Assembly: GCA_022813965.1 (NCBI GenBank)
Contig: JALDZS010000047.1
Span: forward strand, 62,001 to 126,000
DNA: 64,000 nt
Source of the DNA: Toensbergia leucococca
Lineage: Eukaryota
Direction: 5' to 3'
Shown here: piece by piece, positions 12,237 through 24,473 of the stretch
How the letters are laid out: every line of letters starts with the position of its first letter
Position numbering within the stretch: position 1 is the stretch's first letter
Translations under genes and position numbers: made by a program
Notes under the pieces: model-generated
Databases searched by the model: none
Told to the model about the DNA's origin: nothing
Seen by the model: only the letters and a program-made list of their open reading frames with translations

Positions 12237-13492
12237 ATGGATGAAGTACTGAGGCTTACGTGGCACGCGTGGCCCGCAAAACTGCTGCGACTGCCAAACA
12301 ATGATGAAGTGGTCAGGCCAGACGGCGAACCATCTTCGTTCTTGATGTGGCCACCTGAATATCCGAACAGCCCTCTAGGAATGTTCTCGAAGCTACCACC
12401 CGAATTGCGTTGCTCCATTTGGCAATATCTTATGCCCGGACACGAACATCAAGACACTCGAAAGTTCTATCATCGGGCAAGACGACTGAGACATAGCAAG
12501 GAACCAACCTCTTCAAAGCTTGCCATTCTCCGGGCAAGCCGATTTTTATACCAAGAAATATCCGAGGAGTTGTACCGAAATCGAATCTTGTATTTTTGCA
12601 TTGATCCAGCCAGAACTCGCTTGGACGAAAAAGATATGTTTGGAAAGTTCTCTCAAGACTTTACCGACTTTGGAAGGTTTGCAAAGATTAATATCGAGAT
12701 CTTTGCCCCGGCCATTCATCATTCTGGACAGTTCGCGCGTGTCAGGATCCAGACCATGGAACTTTACTGTGCGCTTTCTAGGTCGCCGCGCTTGCCTGAG
12801 ATTGCTATACATTTTCTAGAGAAGGAGTCTGCGACATGGGGCAGTCAAAATGGACCTTGTGTGTTTTCTACATTCGCCGAAGAGGGAGACCTTGGGCTGT
12901 TCGTCGAATTCTTTCAAAGTCTACGAGGAGTTCCGCATGTCAAAATCCATCTGCCACCACAGCTAATAGATGATGGGCGCCTCAACGCATGCATCGAAGA
13001 GGCGGAGCATCTCATGACACTGAGAGCGAATAAGAAGACCAGGAGATCAGGGACGAGGAAGGTATTGGAATGATGACTAAGGGCCCTCATTGGAGTGTCA
13101 AGTAAATCGGATTTATACATCTAACCGCCGGCTTGTACGAGTACGTCTTACATGCTCAACGACAACTTTTATTATCAGAACGTACCAAGACAATTCAGCA
13201 TGACGTGGAGCTGGGTCGTATAGGTCGTGGAAAGAACAGGTACGTCACTGGTGATGAGATTCAATTCCACGACGAATCCCTCAAGGATCATCAACAAACG
13301 GTGCTCATGGCGAATGCCTCGTCATGGATATCTACTTTGCCACCTTTATTCTTCACGACAATGTTGCTTGATGGCGCAAATCCGATGAAACTACTTTCGG
13401 TTTGGAAGAAGCGACGGGAAATACATAGGATGTTGCGATGGAGCAAACTCTTTTGGTTTAAGATGGGACTAAATGGCTCGTTCATCCTCTAA
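12237..13492 (+). CDS. F-box-like hypothetical protein, possibly 3'-disrupted
   Basis: FSKLPPELRCSIWQYLMP and LAILRASRFLYQEISEELYRNR are typical of fungal F-box-like/2EXR-like proteins. The ORF stops at 13073 while protein-like sequence continues in another frame to 13492. Confidence 0.55.
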
Positions 13493-14847
13493 AGCCTAGA
13501 CCTAGCATTTCACCTCACTCTCGTATATCTCACTCTTTTGCCTCGATTAATATGACAATAGAATATTCCAGGTTCCTATCAAGCTCAAAATTCAGCCGCA
13601 AATAATCAACGTGACAATCAAAAACTAAGAACGAGGCAAAAAGTGGTCGAATGATGCACAAAGCTTTCCAAGCCGGTAGCAAATCTGACGATCACGATCA
13701 CGATCTACCAACCCCGGCCTTGGTCGCTCATTGGTGGATTATTCGTGCCTTATTTCCCCCAATTGCAGCCTGTATCACGAGGACGCGGAAGATATTCCGC
13801 GTCCGTAACTCTAGAATAGCCTAATGATAATGACCGGAAACGATACTCGGTATATTCTCGCATTCTATCCCACGCCATGGATCCATGATTGAAACCTTGT
13901 GATTGTACGGCTAAATGGAATGTGAGAATTGGGCTTGTGGCTTATGTGCAATTGATGTCGCGACCACAGCTAAGGAGTAGAGGTGCAAGCTAGAAGAGAG
14001 CACAGAACGATTGCCGTCGTCCTAGAGAATGAATGCCGTTGTTCTAGAAGCTGACGCTGACGTTGGACTATCACTCCCTTAGTAACCCCAGAGTCCACCC
14101 GACCACCACGAGGCAAAAGCTAAGTAAAGTAAATTTCACTCCAAGGGAGCTAGTTCTATTCTATGCTGAAAACGGCCTGCCCCGAGATGTGGGGTTCGGG
14201 CATGACTAAGCTTTTTGCGTCACCGCGTCAGGCATTCGGTGCATCACCAATGAATTTAAATCATCTGTAAAGTAAGAGGACAAAGGTACCATGGCAACAA
14301 GCATACAGCCATACAGGCGTACAGGTACCTGCAGCAACGCAGAACACAATCAATTCCATTTGTTGATATGTATACGAGAACACTGGGGGGGTCGCAATGC
14401 GAGGCCCGGTCTCTACTTCGTAGTCTCGTACCACCTCCCGTGTTGGGACCTTGCAAGCGCCAGTCAAAGTCATGCGGGTCTGGAATCATTGTAGAAGCAC
14501 TAATTGTGGGTCTTCAGCAATGCAACGACTGCTGATTGGTACAATGACATTGGACGTGCTCGTATCAGACATATCGTGGAGGTGGCACTCTCGGAAACGT
14601 CCATCCAATTGCGGCCTTGCACATGACACGGAGAATTACCTATTCAGACGCAGTGAATGGTGGAGGGTGAATGTATATGAAGCTCTGCACTTCCCCCGCC
14701 TTCTCCCTTCGTCAGTCCCCGTATTCAGCTCTTTCCTTTCCTCACCTCTATCGACTCTCTGCCTGCCTATTCATCGTTTACTGCTCATTGTCTGAATAAG
14801 ACCTTCACCAACACACACCTCTTGATCGCTACTCTCCTCCCTCCATC

Positions 14848-16526
14848 ATGCCTGGGGGTATGGTCATGGCGGCTACGGCCGATACCAATCGTATCGAGGC
14901 GCCCGTCACTGTCAAAGCCTACCTCATGTGTGCCTTTGCTGCCTTTGGCGGTATCTTCTTTGGTTATGATTCCGGATACATCAGTGGTGTTCAAGGCATG
15001 CCTTATTTGATTACCCTCTACACTGGTCTACCCCCTCCTCCTGCTACCTCCAAGGCCGATTTCACACTTCCTGCGTGGCAAAAGTCCTTGATTACCTCCA
15101 TCCTTTCCGCTGGTACTTTCTTTGGTGCTCTCATTGCCGGTGACCTGGCCGACTTTTTCGGTCGTCGAACCACTATCATCGCCGGTTGCGGTATCTTCCT
15201 CGTCGGTGTCATTCTCCAAGTCGCTTCCACCACCTACGGTCTTCTTGTCGCAGGTCGTCTGATAGCTGGTTTCGGTGTCGGATTCGTGTCAGCGATCATC
15301 ATCTTATACATGTCCGAGGTTGCCCCCAGGAAGGTTCGTGGTGCCATTGTATCGGGTTATCAATTCTGCATCACCATTGGACTCTTGCTTGCCTCATGTG
15401 TCGACTATGCCACGCAAAATCGAACCGACACGGGGTCTTACCGTATTCCTATTGGTATCCAAATGCTATGGGCCATAATCCTTGCTATCGGTCTCTTCTT
15501 TTTGCCAGAATCTCCACGATACTTTGTGAAGAGAGGCAGTATCGACAAGGCCGCCGATGTATTAGCCAGACTACGTGGACAACCTCGTGATTCGGAATAT
15601 ATTCAACAGGAATTGGCCGAAATTGTAGCCAACCACGAATACGAAATGCAGCTGATTCCTCAAGGTAGCTATTTCAACAGCTGGATGAACTGTTTCACGG
15701 GGTCAGTGTTCTCGGCGGGCAGCAATTTACGTCGTACCATCCTAGGGACCTCGTTGCAAATGATGCAGCAATGGACTGGTGTCAACTTTGTCTTCTACTT
15801 TGGCACTACTTTCTTCCAGGAACTAGGCACTATCAGCAACCCCTTCTTAATCGGTCTCATCACCACTCTTGTCAACGTCTGCTCCACCCCAATCTCTTTC
15901 TACACGATTGAAAAGTTTGGTCGTCGCCCACTTCTCATCTACGGTGCCGCGGGTATGGTGGTATGTCAATTCATTGTAGCCATTGTTGGTGTTACAGATG
16001 GTCAAAGTCAGGCAGCAGTCCGTGCCATGATTGCGTTTATCTGCATCTACATTTTCTTCTTTGCTTCTACGTGGGGCCCAGGCGCATGGGTTGTTATCGG
16101 CGAGATTTTCCCTCTCCCCATCCGTTCCCGCGGTGTTGCTCTGTCCACGGCTTCCAATTGGCTTTGGAATTGCGTAAGTCAACCTTGCATTGAGTCCTCC
16201 CTACATTTCGCTGACAAATAGTATAGATCATTGCCGTCATCACACCTTACATGGTTGGAACTAATGAAGGTAACCTCGGAGCCAAGGTCTTCTTCGTGTG
16301 GGGCTCCCTCTGCGCTTGCTGCTTCGCCTACGCCTACTTTTTGATCCCCGAAACCAAAGGCCTCTCTCTTGAGCAGGTCGACCGCATGTTCGAGGAGACC
16401 AATGCTCGCAACTCATCCAAATGGGTTCCTCACAGCACTTTTGCTACAGATATGGGCATTACGGAGAAGGGCACTTTGGCGACGGAGATTGTGGAGGATG
16501 TGCAGCGCAAGGGCTCGGTCATATGA
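14848..16526 (+). CDS. MFS sugar porter, high-affinity hexose transporter type (RCO-3/MstA-like)
   Basis: Motifs FGYDSG, DFFGRR, YMSEVAPRKVRG, PESPR, QQWTGVNF, GEIFPLPIRSRG, PETKG. One intron, 16174-16226. Confidence 0.95.
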
Positions 16527-16739
16527 TTGAAAGGGCTTTCAATATGCCCTGCGATGAAGGAGCCTGATGCTCATATGTAAATGAATCGGAGAGCTTGCAG
16601 TTATTTTGGTAGCTTGAATGGTTTATACCCCAGCGTGGCCTAGAGCAACCTCATTACCTTGAATGATATTTTCCACCACTGTTTTTCGTGACCGTGGGAG
16701 TGTAGGTGATCATGCATCACAGTCGGCACCTATCATAGA

Positions 16740-17700
16740 ATATGACAAAATCAACACCATCACCACCACTCATCCCACACACCCTAACAAAAATCTTTTC
16801 ATCGCCATGCTTCCACCATCACCACCACCCTCAAAATCACCCCCCCCACCCCCAAATTCCTCACCCCTATTTTTTTTTTAACAAAAAGCCAGGAACTTTC
16901 GAGAGCAACCACCCGTTTACGGAAATAAAGCCCGCTGTTGCTTGAGAAAGCCATAAATGGTTCTGGACCCCCTTTATTTCTTAATGCTTTTGTTGAGTCT
17001 TGGAATTTAGTTGCCCGGGGTATCGTTCCCGGGTTTCGTTCCCGGGTTTCGTTCCCGGGGTTTGTGGGTGTTTAGCCTGCTGGCTTTTTGGTTTTGAGAT
17101 TTTTGCTTTTTTTTTGAGGGAGTTGTTTGAGGGGGCTGGATGGGGGCTGTGAGGTTTGGACGGCTGGAACATGGAAAGGCTTGAGCATTTGAGATTTGAG
17201 ATTTGAGAAGGTTAGGTAGGTGTTAGGGTTAGGGTAGATTGGGACTTTAGCCGGGAGAATAGATGGGGGGGTTTTTTTTTTTGTGGACCGGACCGCGTTT
17301 TGATTGTGGTGAGGTGGTTGCATCTGGGCGCGTTTGGTGGGATTTGTGAATTTGGAATTTGGGTGCTAGTAGGTAGGTTACCTTTCCACTCGACTGGTGC
17401 AAAAGTATGGGTAAATAAAAGACACGCGCGCGCGCGCGGAACAGTTTGTATCATTTCTTTCATTAGCCTTTGAGGGTCTGGTTTTTTTTTAGGGTTTGAA
17501 GAATCTGAACCTGAGATGAGGAATTTGTGGTTTTAGGTTTTTTTTTAAAGGGGGGAGGAATGTTTTGAGGGGATGTAGGGTAGGGGAGGGTAGGGTGTAA
17601 GTGAGTTTATTTTTTTGTAGTAGTGCTTTTATAAAGTTTTTTTTTGGTTTGAGAGTGGTTTGAGAGTGAGTGTGTGATTATGATGATGAATTTATTTGAG
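16740..17700. other. Homopolymer-rich low-complexity segment, possibly a corrupted or degenerate minus-strand gene
   Basis: Many T/G/A runs, a 13-mer GTTCCCGGGTTTC about three times near 17025-17063, and a (CG)n tract at 17424-17438. Residual protein-like frame KFQDSTKALRNKGVQNHLWLSQATAGFISVNGWLLSKVPG. Confidence 0.5.
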
Positions 17701-17792
17701 AGGAGTGAAATAATTCATCGCTGAAGAGTGATACTTTTATGATTGTCAAAGTTATTTAGACTCTTTACTTTTACTCTCTGACCTTCTGTCTC

Positions 17793-18470
17793 TCATTTCT
17801 GCTCCTGCTTTTCCTCCTTCTCCTTCTCCTCCTTCTCCTCCTGCTCCTCTTCCTCCTCTTCATAATCTGATGAATCTTCATCCTCGTCACCTGGCTCAAT
17901 CTGCAACCTCACCCTCTCTTCCTCCGTCAACACCGTCGTCACCCCTGCCACCGCCTTCTTAGCCCACATATTACATTCCTGAGTTCCCCCAATTTGAAAC
18001 CAAAGCATCAGAAACTTATTCCCGTTCTCATCCACCTCATTCAATATCACCAATGACGATCTGCCCCACTCCTCCGCTGAAATCAAGCCGCGGTGTTCCA
18101 CCTCTTCCCATTCAACGTCACACATTTTCCATATTTTCCATTTCCTGCCGTCGTCGGGTATGTCCACGCCGTAGCGGGCCGTGAAGACGTCTTTCCAGTA
18201 GGCGTATTGGAACATGCCATTGAAGTCGGGACCGTCTGTGGTGGTGGTGGTTGTGGGTGCGGTGGGCCGGAAAGAGATGTGATAGTCGCGTTCTCTTTGC
18301 ATGTCGGTTTTTAGGGAAAAGAGGATGGTGGAGGTCGGGGTCGGGTCGATGAATTTCCCCTTTTTTGGCGTAGAGTTTTCTCCCGATTCTGACTTCCAAA
18401 CGATGTGGTAGGTTCCTATTAACTGAGCGACTTCTTGGGCGCGCTCTGTGGGGGTGAGGGTTGATGTCAT
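17793..18470 (-). CDS. Hypothetical protein with acidic tail (paralog A)
   Basis: Intact 225-aa ORF, paralogous to 19682-20269 (QLIGTYHIV, IDPTP, DGPD..GMFQY..WKDVFTAR, DENGN.FL.LWF.IG). Confidence 0.8.
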   Translation of the reverse strand: MTSTLTPTERAQEVAQLIGTYHIVWKSESGENSTPKKGKFIDPTPTSTILFSLKTDMQRERDYHISFRPTAPTTTTTTDGPDFNGMFQYAYWKDVFTARYGVDIPDDGRKWKIWKMCDVEWEEVEHRGLISAEEWGRSSLVILNEVDENGNKFLMLWFQIGGTQECNMWAKKAVAGVTTVLTEEERVRLQIEPGDEDEDSSDYEEEEEEQEEKEEKEKEEKQEQK

Positions 18471-19681
18471 GACTGAGGGATGCAGAAGGTTTGAATAAAT
18501 GAGTTCGCTGGGTGCTTTGTGACGAAGGAAATAAGTGAAATGAGGAGGGGTGAAGTGGGTGTTTATGTAGGATGTGCTTTTCAGCGAGAGGATTGAGTGA
18601 GATTACTGCGAGATGGAAGATTGGGATAATTACCTATTTCGCGGATGTCCACATCATGTCTAATGTCAAAGGATAAGGTGGTCATCTGATATACAAGATT
18701 GCAAGAAAGGAGCAAATGGATTGATAGAAAAAGAAAGAAACAATCAGAGAGAGGATCTGACTCTTTAGCTTTCCTTAGCAAGATGTAGCTGAGGAAGCTT
18801 CACGTGAGTTTGTCATAACATAAAATTGCAGTGTTTCCTGTCCGTCCCTAGGGCTCGTCGAGTATCTTTGACAGCTGCCAAAATTCGCGTCAAACATTGA
18901 CGTGAGATGAAGCTTTTGCTCTGGCCACTTTTTCGAGTATGAAAGAAGCTTGAGAGTAACATCAGACCCTCAGAACACCCTACAGCTTTCAGTACCGATG
19001 ATAGTCTTTTGAAGAGACATCAATATTTAATCACTAGAGATGGCAGTGAGAATCCCAAGATTCACATCACATGAAGACAGGCATAGTGTTGAGATGTCAG
19101 CGTCTGGCAATTTGCACAATGATCAACTCTCAACAGTCGCTCGACGAGAATCGGGTCCTTTTCTTGAATGTGCAGAGGACCTGTAAGAATCTTTGGAAGG
19201 TTAGCTTGATATCTTCACCAATTGCTGTTGCCGCTTCCAAATAGTGGCTTCCTTTGCTTGTCATCAGATCTGCCCGGAGGCGATTCTGTAAATATTTAAT
19301 GGAAAAGTGTGTGGGTGCTGGGAGGTGAAGAATGGAAGATTGCGGACGACTGGATTTTGCCACTGCCACTAGAACTATTTTAACCCAATCGGGAACTCCT
19401 TTTTCCTTTCTCCTTTTCCCCTTTTCACCAACAGCTCATCCCCACCATCATCGATAACCGGTAGATATGCGAGCTGATTACGTCTATATGTAAATCCCTA
19501 TGCAATACAGCTCTCATTCCCATTAATTCTTCGGCATTTGCATAGAAATACTGTGAAAAAGCATCATACAAATTACCTAAGAGGATAACTAGAATGACAG
19601 GGGATTATCATTCAAGCAAAGAATCCATCGTACAGCACAAAGCAACCATCACACAACCACCAAAGCCAACTAACACCCGCA

Positions 19682-20269
19682 TCATTCCTTTGATTCCTCC
19701 TCCTCCTCCTCCTCTTCTTCATCCACCTCACCTACCTCAGCTTTCAACATCAACTCCTCCGCCTCCGTCAGCACAGCCGGCACGCCTCCCACAACCTTTT
19801 TGGCAAACACATCAATCCCATCAAACGCCCCAATCCCAAACCAAAGCTTCAAAAACCAATTCCCATTCTCATCCTCCACATTTGCCCCCTCCAATCCGCA
19901 GCTACCCCAACTCCGCGCCGAAATTTCCCCGTCATACTCCACTTGTCCCCACTCAATTTCATAGCTGCCCCCATTGCAGCGGGCTGTGAAGACGTCTTTC
20001 CAGTCGCCGTACTGAAACATGCCGTACAAGTCTGGGCCGTCGTCTGCCGTGGTGATGGCGGAGCGGAAGGAGAGATAGTAGTCTTCCTTGGGGTTTGCCA
20101 TGTCGTCTGCGAGGGAGAAGGGGAGGGTGGAGTTTGGGGTGGGGTCGATGTAAGTACCTCTCTTGGTCCCGGAATCCCACGCTACCTCGGTTTTCTAGAC
20201 AATGTGGTAGGTTCCTATTAACTGAGCGATGTTTGCTGTGCGTTGAGCAGGGGTGAACTTTCGAGGCAT
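19682..20269 (-). pseudogene. Paralog B of 17793-18470 with a single in-frame TAG at 20195-20197
   Basis: Reads MPRKFTPAQRTANIAQLIGTYHIV*KTEVAWDSGTKRGTYIDPTPNSTLPFSLADDMANPKED... in one frame. The stop aligns with W (TGG) of paralog A. Confidence 0.8.
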
Positions 20270-20859
20270 GGTTTGAGGATGAGGTTATTTGAGAGATTGA
20301 TGAGTTAGCTGGATTTTTTGGGGAAGGGAGACTAGGTGAGAGGAGGGAAAAAAAGAAGGTGAGTGTTTATGTATTGGAGCGACGACCTTGTGCTTGTGTG
20401 AGAGGATCGGTTGAGTGAGGCTGTTTGTGAGGTAGGAATCTAAAATTCTTACTTGTTTTGCGGATATCCGCATCATGTCATATGTCAAAACCAATTGCCA
20501 TCTAAGGTGTAGGGTTGCAAGAGACAGAGCAAACGGACTGAAAGGAGCAAACGGAATGAAGTATGAAGCAAGAAGCTAACAGAGAGCTCCGTTGCTTTAC
20601 GCATCACCTCTGGGGGTGAAATAGAGTTTGATGAATTGAAAGAGTGAGATGACGCAAAGTGCACAAAACCCAATAACAAAACTCAATTTTCTCACAGGTA
20701 TCCCCCCTCGGACAACAACAACCATTGATGGAAGAAAAAAGAGGATAAATACTGATGTTCATATCAAGCTTCCATCTAAATGTCTGAGTGAAAACAGAGT
20801 TATGAAAAGAAACGCAGTGTCAAAGAAGCAGATTCCACTTCAACCCCAGCTTTGAGCCA

Positions 20860-21282
20860 TCATCCCTTCCGATCCTGTGCGTGATAACTTTGCTGCCCTC
20901 TCCGCTGGTTCGAGTAAGGAGGCGGACTGGGCGATGCCTCCACCGCTAAGTTCTCGCGATTCAAAAGACCACCCTGCTGATAATCCAGTTGCTGAGGTTC
21001 TCGCTGCTCTTTAATCCGCAGAGGCGCATTCTCGTTTTGTTGATAACCGCCTTGCTGAGAGGGGTAATTATTTTGAACAGGGTAATTATCTCGGCGGTAA
21101 GAGGCGTTGTTTGCGGATTCAGTGAGGCGGGCGGCGCGATCTTTATCTTGGTTTTCTTTGAGGCTTTGAGGGGCGTTGGTTACGGTCTAGGGGAGAAGGG
21201 GGCGAAGGAGAGGTAGGAGGGCTTACGCTTTTGCGACGTAGATTCCGCCACCGAGCAACATTGCTTTACTGATTAGACCCAT
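20860..21282 (-). CDS. Small (~120 aa) Q/N/Y-rich protein with N-terminal hydrophobic Gly motif and PPPY motif (absent from the ORF track)
   Basis: MGLISKAMLLGGGIYVAKA, then intron 21164-21226 (GTAAGC..CGTAAC..AAG), then LKENQDKDRAARLTESANNASYRRDNYPVQNNYPSQQGGYQQ...ASPSPPPYSNQRRGQQSYHAQDRKG*. Confidence 0.7.
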
Positions 21283-21559
21283 TTGGAACTTTGGTGATTG
21301 AAGAGAGGAGAGAAGGGTGGTTGGTGATGTCGTAGTAGGTTGTCAACGGGTTTTCTTGTTGCTGTAAGTAGTGGTTCTTGAACTAGATTTCAGCGAATAA
21401 TTGGCTTGTTGGGTTGATTGTAAAATGAGTATTGAATGTGATGTTTGATAATATACGAGTATTTGAGGGCAGTTGATTCAGCTTTATATCAAGTCCTGAC
21501 TGAGTGAGCCTAGGGTTTGATGATGATGCGGGGCGGATGCTTACGAGTTACGACAGGGT

Positions 21560-21930
21560 CGGGTTCGCGTTCGCGTTTGTAGTCTTGGCTACGAGTGGTA
21601 CGTAAGCACTCATGGCTACGTTGATGATATCCGGCATGGCTTTGATGATTGCCAAAGTCGTCAGCTCTACTCTTTTTGCTTTGAGCTACGTCAAGGCTTC
21701 GGCCATTAAGGAGCGTTACAGCATGGGTTTCTTTTCACCCTTGCTCTTCAGTCTCCCAATAATCCTGTCAGCGTCTGTCAGCATTTCTGGTATTCCGCAA
21801 TATCAAGTATACTTGTTGTCGTCCATCGGAGACCAAATCAATATCTTTGAATCCGAGACTCTCTCTACAAGGCCTCGTCCGATGTCCTCCTCATGTTCCG
21901 CAGTTGTGTGCATCAGCTCAAGCCCCATGG
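21560..21930 (-). pseudogene. Intron-containing gene relic with in-frame stops
   Basis: MGLELMHTTAEHEEDIGRGLVERVSDSKILIWSPMDDNK, an intron-like GTATAC...GCTGACAG, then IIGRLKSKGEKKPML*RSLMAEALT*LKAKRVEL. Confidence 0.35.
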
Positions 21931-22730
21931 TCTGAAAAAACGAAGGCTAGTCCAGGGCTAAGAAAGGGAGCAACAATCACCACTTTCAAGGCCGTGACGC
22001 TCTCGTTATCAGTACAGCTCATGTCCGCTCCGGACGATCTGAGGAGTTCGGTAATTTGACGGATATCGCTTTCCACATTATCTTCCCGATTTGTATTTCA
22101 GATGTACATGCTGTACGAAGAAGGTAAATGCACCGCCCCTAAGCGTTAAAGTATAGCTCCATTGAAACCATTGAGGAATGGTGTCCCTCCTTCATTACAC
22201 TCAACAAGTACGTCAGCCCCTTCTTTGGAGGAGGAATTGTGTTGCACAATCATCTATAGAAGTGAAGCCGACTATTCGAGACACAACGCTTGACGCTAGT
22301 GCAATAGAGCTTGGGCGGAGGGTAGCCAAGGATTAGTCATAACCCTAGATCTGCACAATGGTCCAACCGGGATGGGCTTCTGTTGTTGAATCGCGAGTAG
22401 GGTTTTCTATACTATTCAATGGCCTCGATGTGATGTAATCAGGCTCTTTGCTGCTTCATCTGGTGTCAAGCTGGACCAGGCGAAATCAGAAACCAAGCGC
22501 TACCACTCCCAAATGTACCCTGTGATTGCCATTTCAATAGCCGCTACCGGGCCCTAGGAGGAGTATCAGCATCCGATGTGTCTTCTCGGGTCAGCAAGCT
22601 CCCTTGACCACAGTAGCAGCTTGAGATGTTTCCAAGGCAGGATGCACACCAACTGTCGATCGATTCGAATCGCCGGCTCTCCAGTGTCGTTGTTATATAA
22701 AACTTTCTGGCGTACTTGAGCATCTCCATG

Positions 22731-23974
22731 CTACCTGGAGACCTTTTCAACAATCTGAAGAGGCCACTTCATAGCCCAGTGCCACTCGGAAGGCATCAAG
22801 CTATTGATGCCATGAACCTCGACTTCAGCTATGCCTTTCAGCCACCATACACTATCGACAAATTTCATCAAAGCAAAGTAATGAGCCAGAATAGCCATTG
22901 CACGTGGATCTTTGTGTCTCAGCATGTCGAGAAAGACGTGCGAGAATTTGGCAGCCACAACTACTAATCGGCGATGAATATAATGATGTGGCTCTTTTAA
23001 CAGTATTGCCGAGTGAATCGAATCAATATAACTCAGAGTTTCTCCATATATTTCACGAATCTGTGATGTTGTGTTACCCACTTCTAGCCCATCGAGGAGC
23101 GGAGTGAAGCGTGTCTGATTTCCTTCGGTCGACTGTCTATAGGCAATCCAGTCTTGATCACCTATCACAGGCTCAGCATTGACATAAGCCATAACGTTCG
23201 TCCCTTGAAACCAAGTGCTAGCTGCAAAATATACGGCCCTTGCGCCTTGCACCATGGAAAGGTAATGAAGTGGCAATTTATAAGCCTCTTCCTGTTGGTA
23301 GGGAAAAGTGCAAAATAATAATCTTGCTTGCAGTTGAATCAACACAGTGGTTACAAAAAGTGGCTTTGCTGTCATTTCATCCAAACACAAAACAGCATCA
23401 CGATAGGCCTGGACGGCCTTGTCTAAATATGCGTGAGCGGCGTATTTCATGGAAGAATCAGTTGGGTTCAGAGTAAGAAGGTGAAGAGCAGCAATGCCAA
23501 AGACTGCATTCAAAAGATATTCAAATTCAAAGGCCATCTGTGGTACATCGACGGCCCACATCTCTTTTACCCGAAGATCGTGGACAACAGGTAGGAGGCC
23601 ACAAGTCGATGTGGCGTAATGATAAAACAAACGTAACTCTAGTACTCGAGTTTCATTGTGGCTAGCTGGACCGATGGGAGGGTTTTCATCAGCGTTAGAT
23701 GGGGTTTGGGAGGGTATAGCGGTAGCTGGTTTGTTATGCGGAGATAGATAGGCGCATTCTCTTGGATTTACGAAGCGTTTGGCACATGGGCCGCAGACAG
23801 GACGAGCTTCGTCACACTGGAAAGCGTCAATGAGGCTGACGCAAGATGTATACGAGTATCCTAGTAGGTGATGACCAGGTAACGTACTTTTACTTTGCGG
23901 GCTTTGCATTCTCTACATCCTGCCGTTGACTTTTTATGGCGCCGTCTGACGGTACCCGCAGTATCTTTACGCAT
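22731..23974 (-). CDS. Zn(II)2Cys6 transcription factor, UPC2/sterol-uptake-control-like
   Basis: Exon 1 RRHKKSTAGCRECKARKVK, intron 23817-23887, then CDEARPVCGPCAKR...C. Family motifs LELRLFYHY, VPQMAF...LLNAVFGIAALHL, DPRAMAILAHY, WWLKG, WAMKWP. Confidence 0.9.
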
Positions 23975-24473
23975 AGTGACCGGTCAAGTTTTCGGATGCA
24001 CGCCTTGCCAAAGAATAGTGAAGGTGGAGGTGGAGGTGGAGGTTGTGTACGAATGCGAGTGCGAGTGGTGAAAAGTATTTAAATTACACGAGCCGATCGT
24101 CGGGGTTCAGTCAATACCTTGGTACGCCACTCCTCGTCCTACCACTTGTGGCGCAGCAATTGTCGCTCATTGGAATGTCACCAAGCCAACTTGACTAGGT
24201 AAGCTTCTTACTTCTTAGAGCAATTCATACAATAATACACAATCAATATCAATCCGGGAACCTTCTAGAGCGATGTAGGTAGGCTTTCAACATCAGCCTG
24301 CCTGAAGCCTGAAGTATTGAGAATCCTCGATGATGAACCATCCCTAGTCATTAACCCTCGACAGTAATCCACACCTCCTTGGAGCCTAATCGCGACCATC
24401 TACCCAGGAAATACAGAATTTTAACTGCGAAGATAGTCGACAGGTCACAGACTAGGTCAGCAATGTGTTAATA

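Noticed and set aside
17223..17234. TTAGGG x2 as an interstitial telomere
   Set aside because: Only two perfect units within a T/G low-complexity tract, so compatible with chance.
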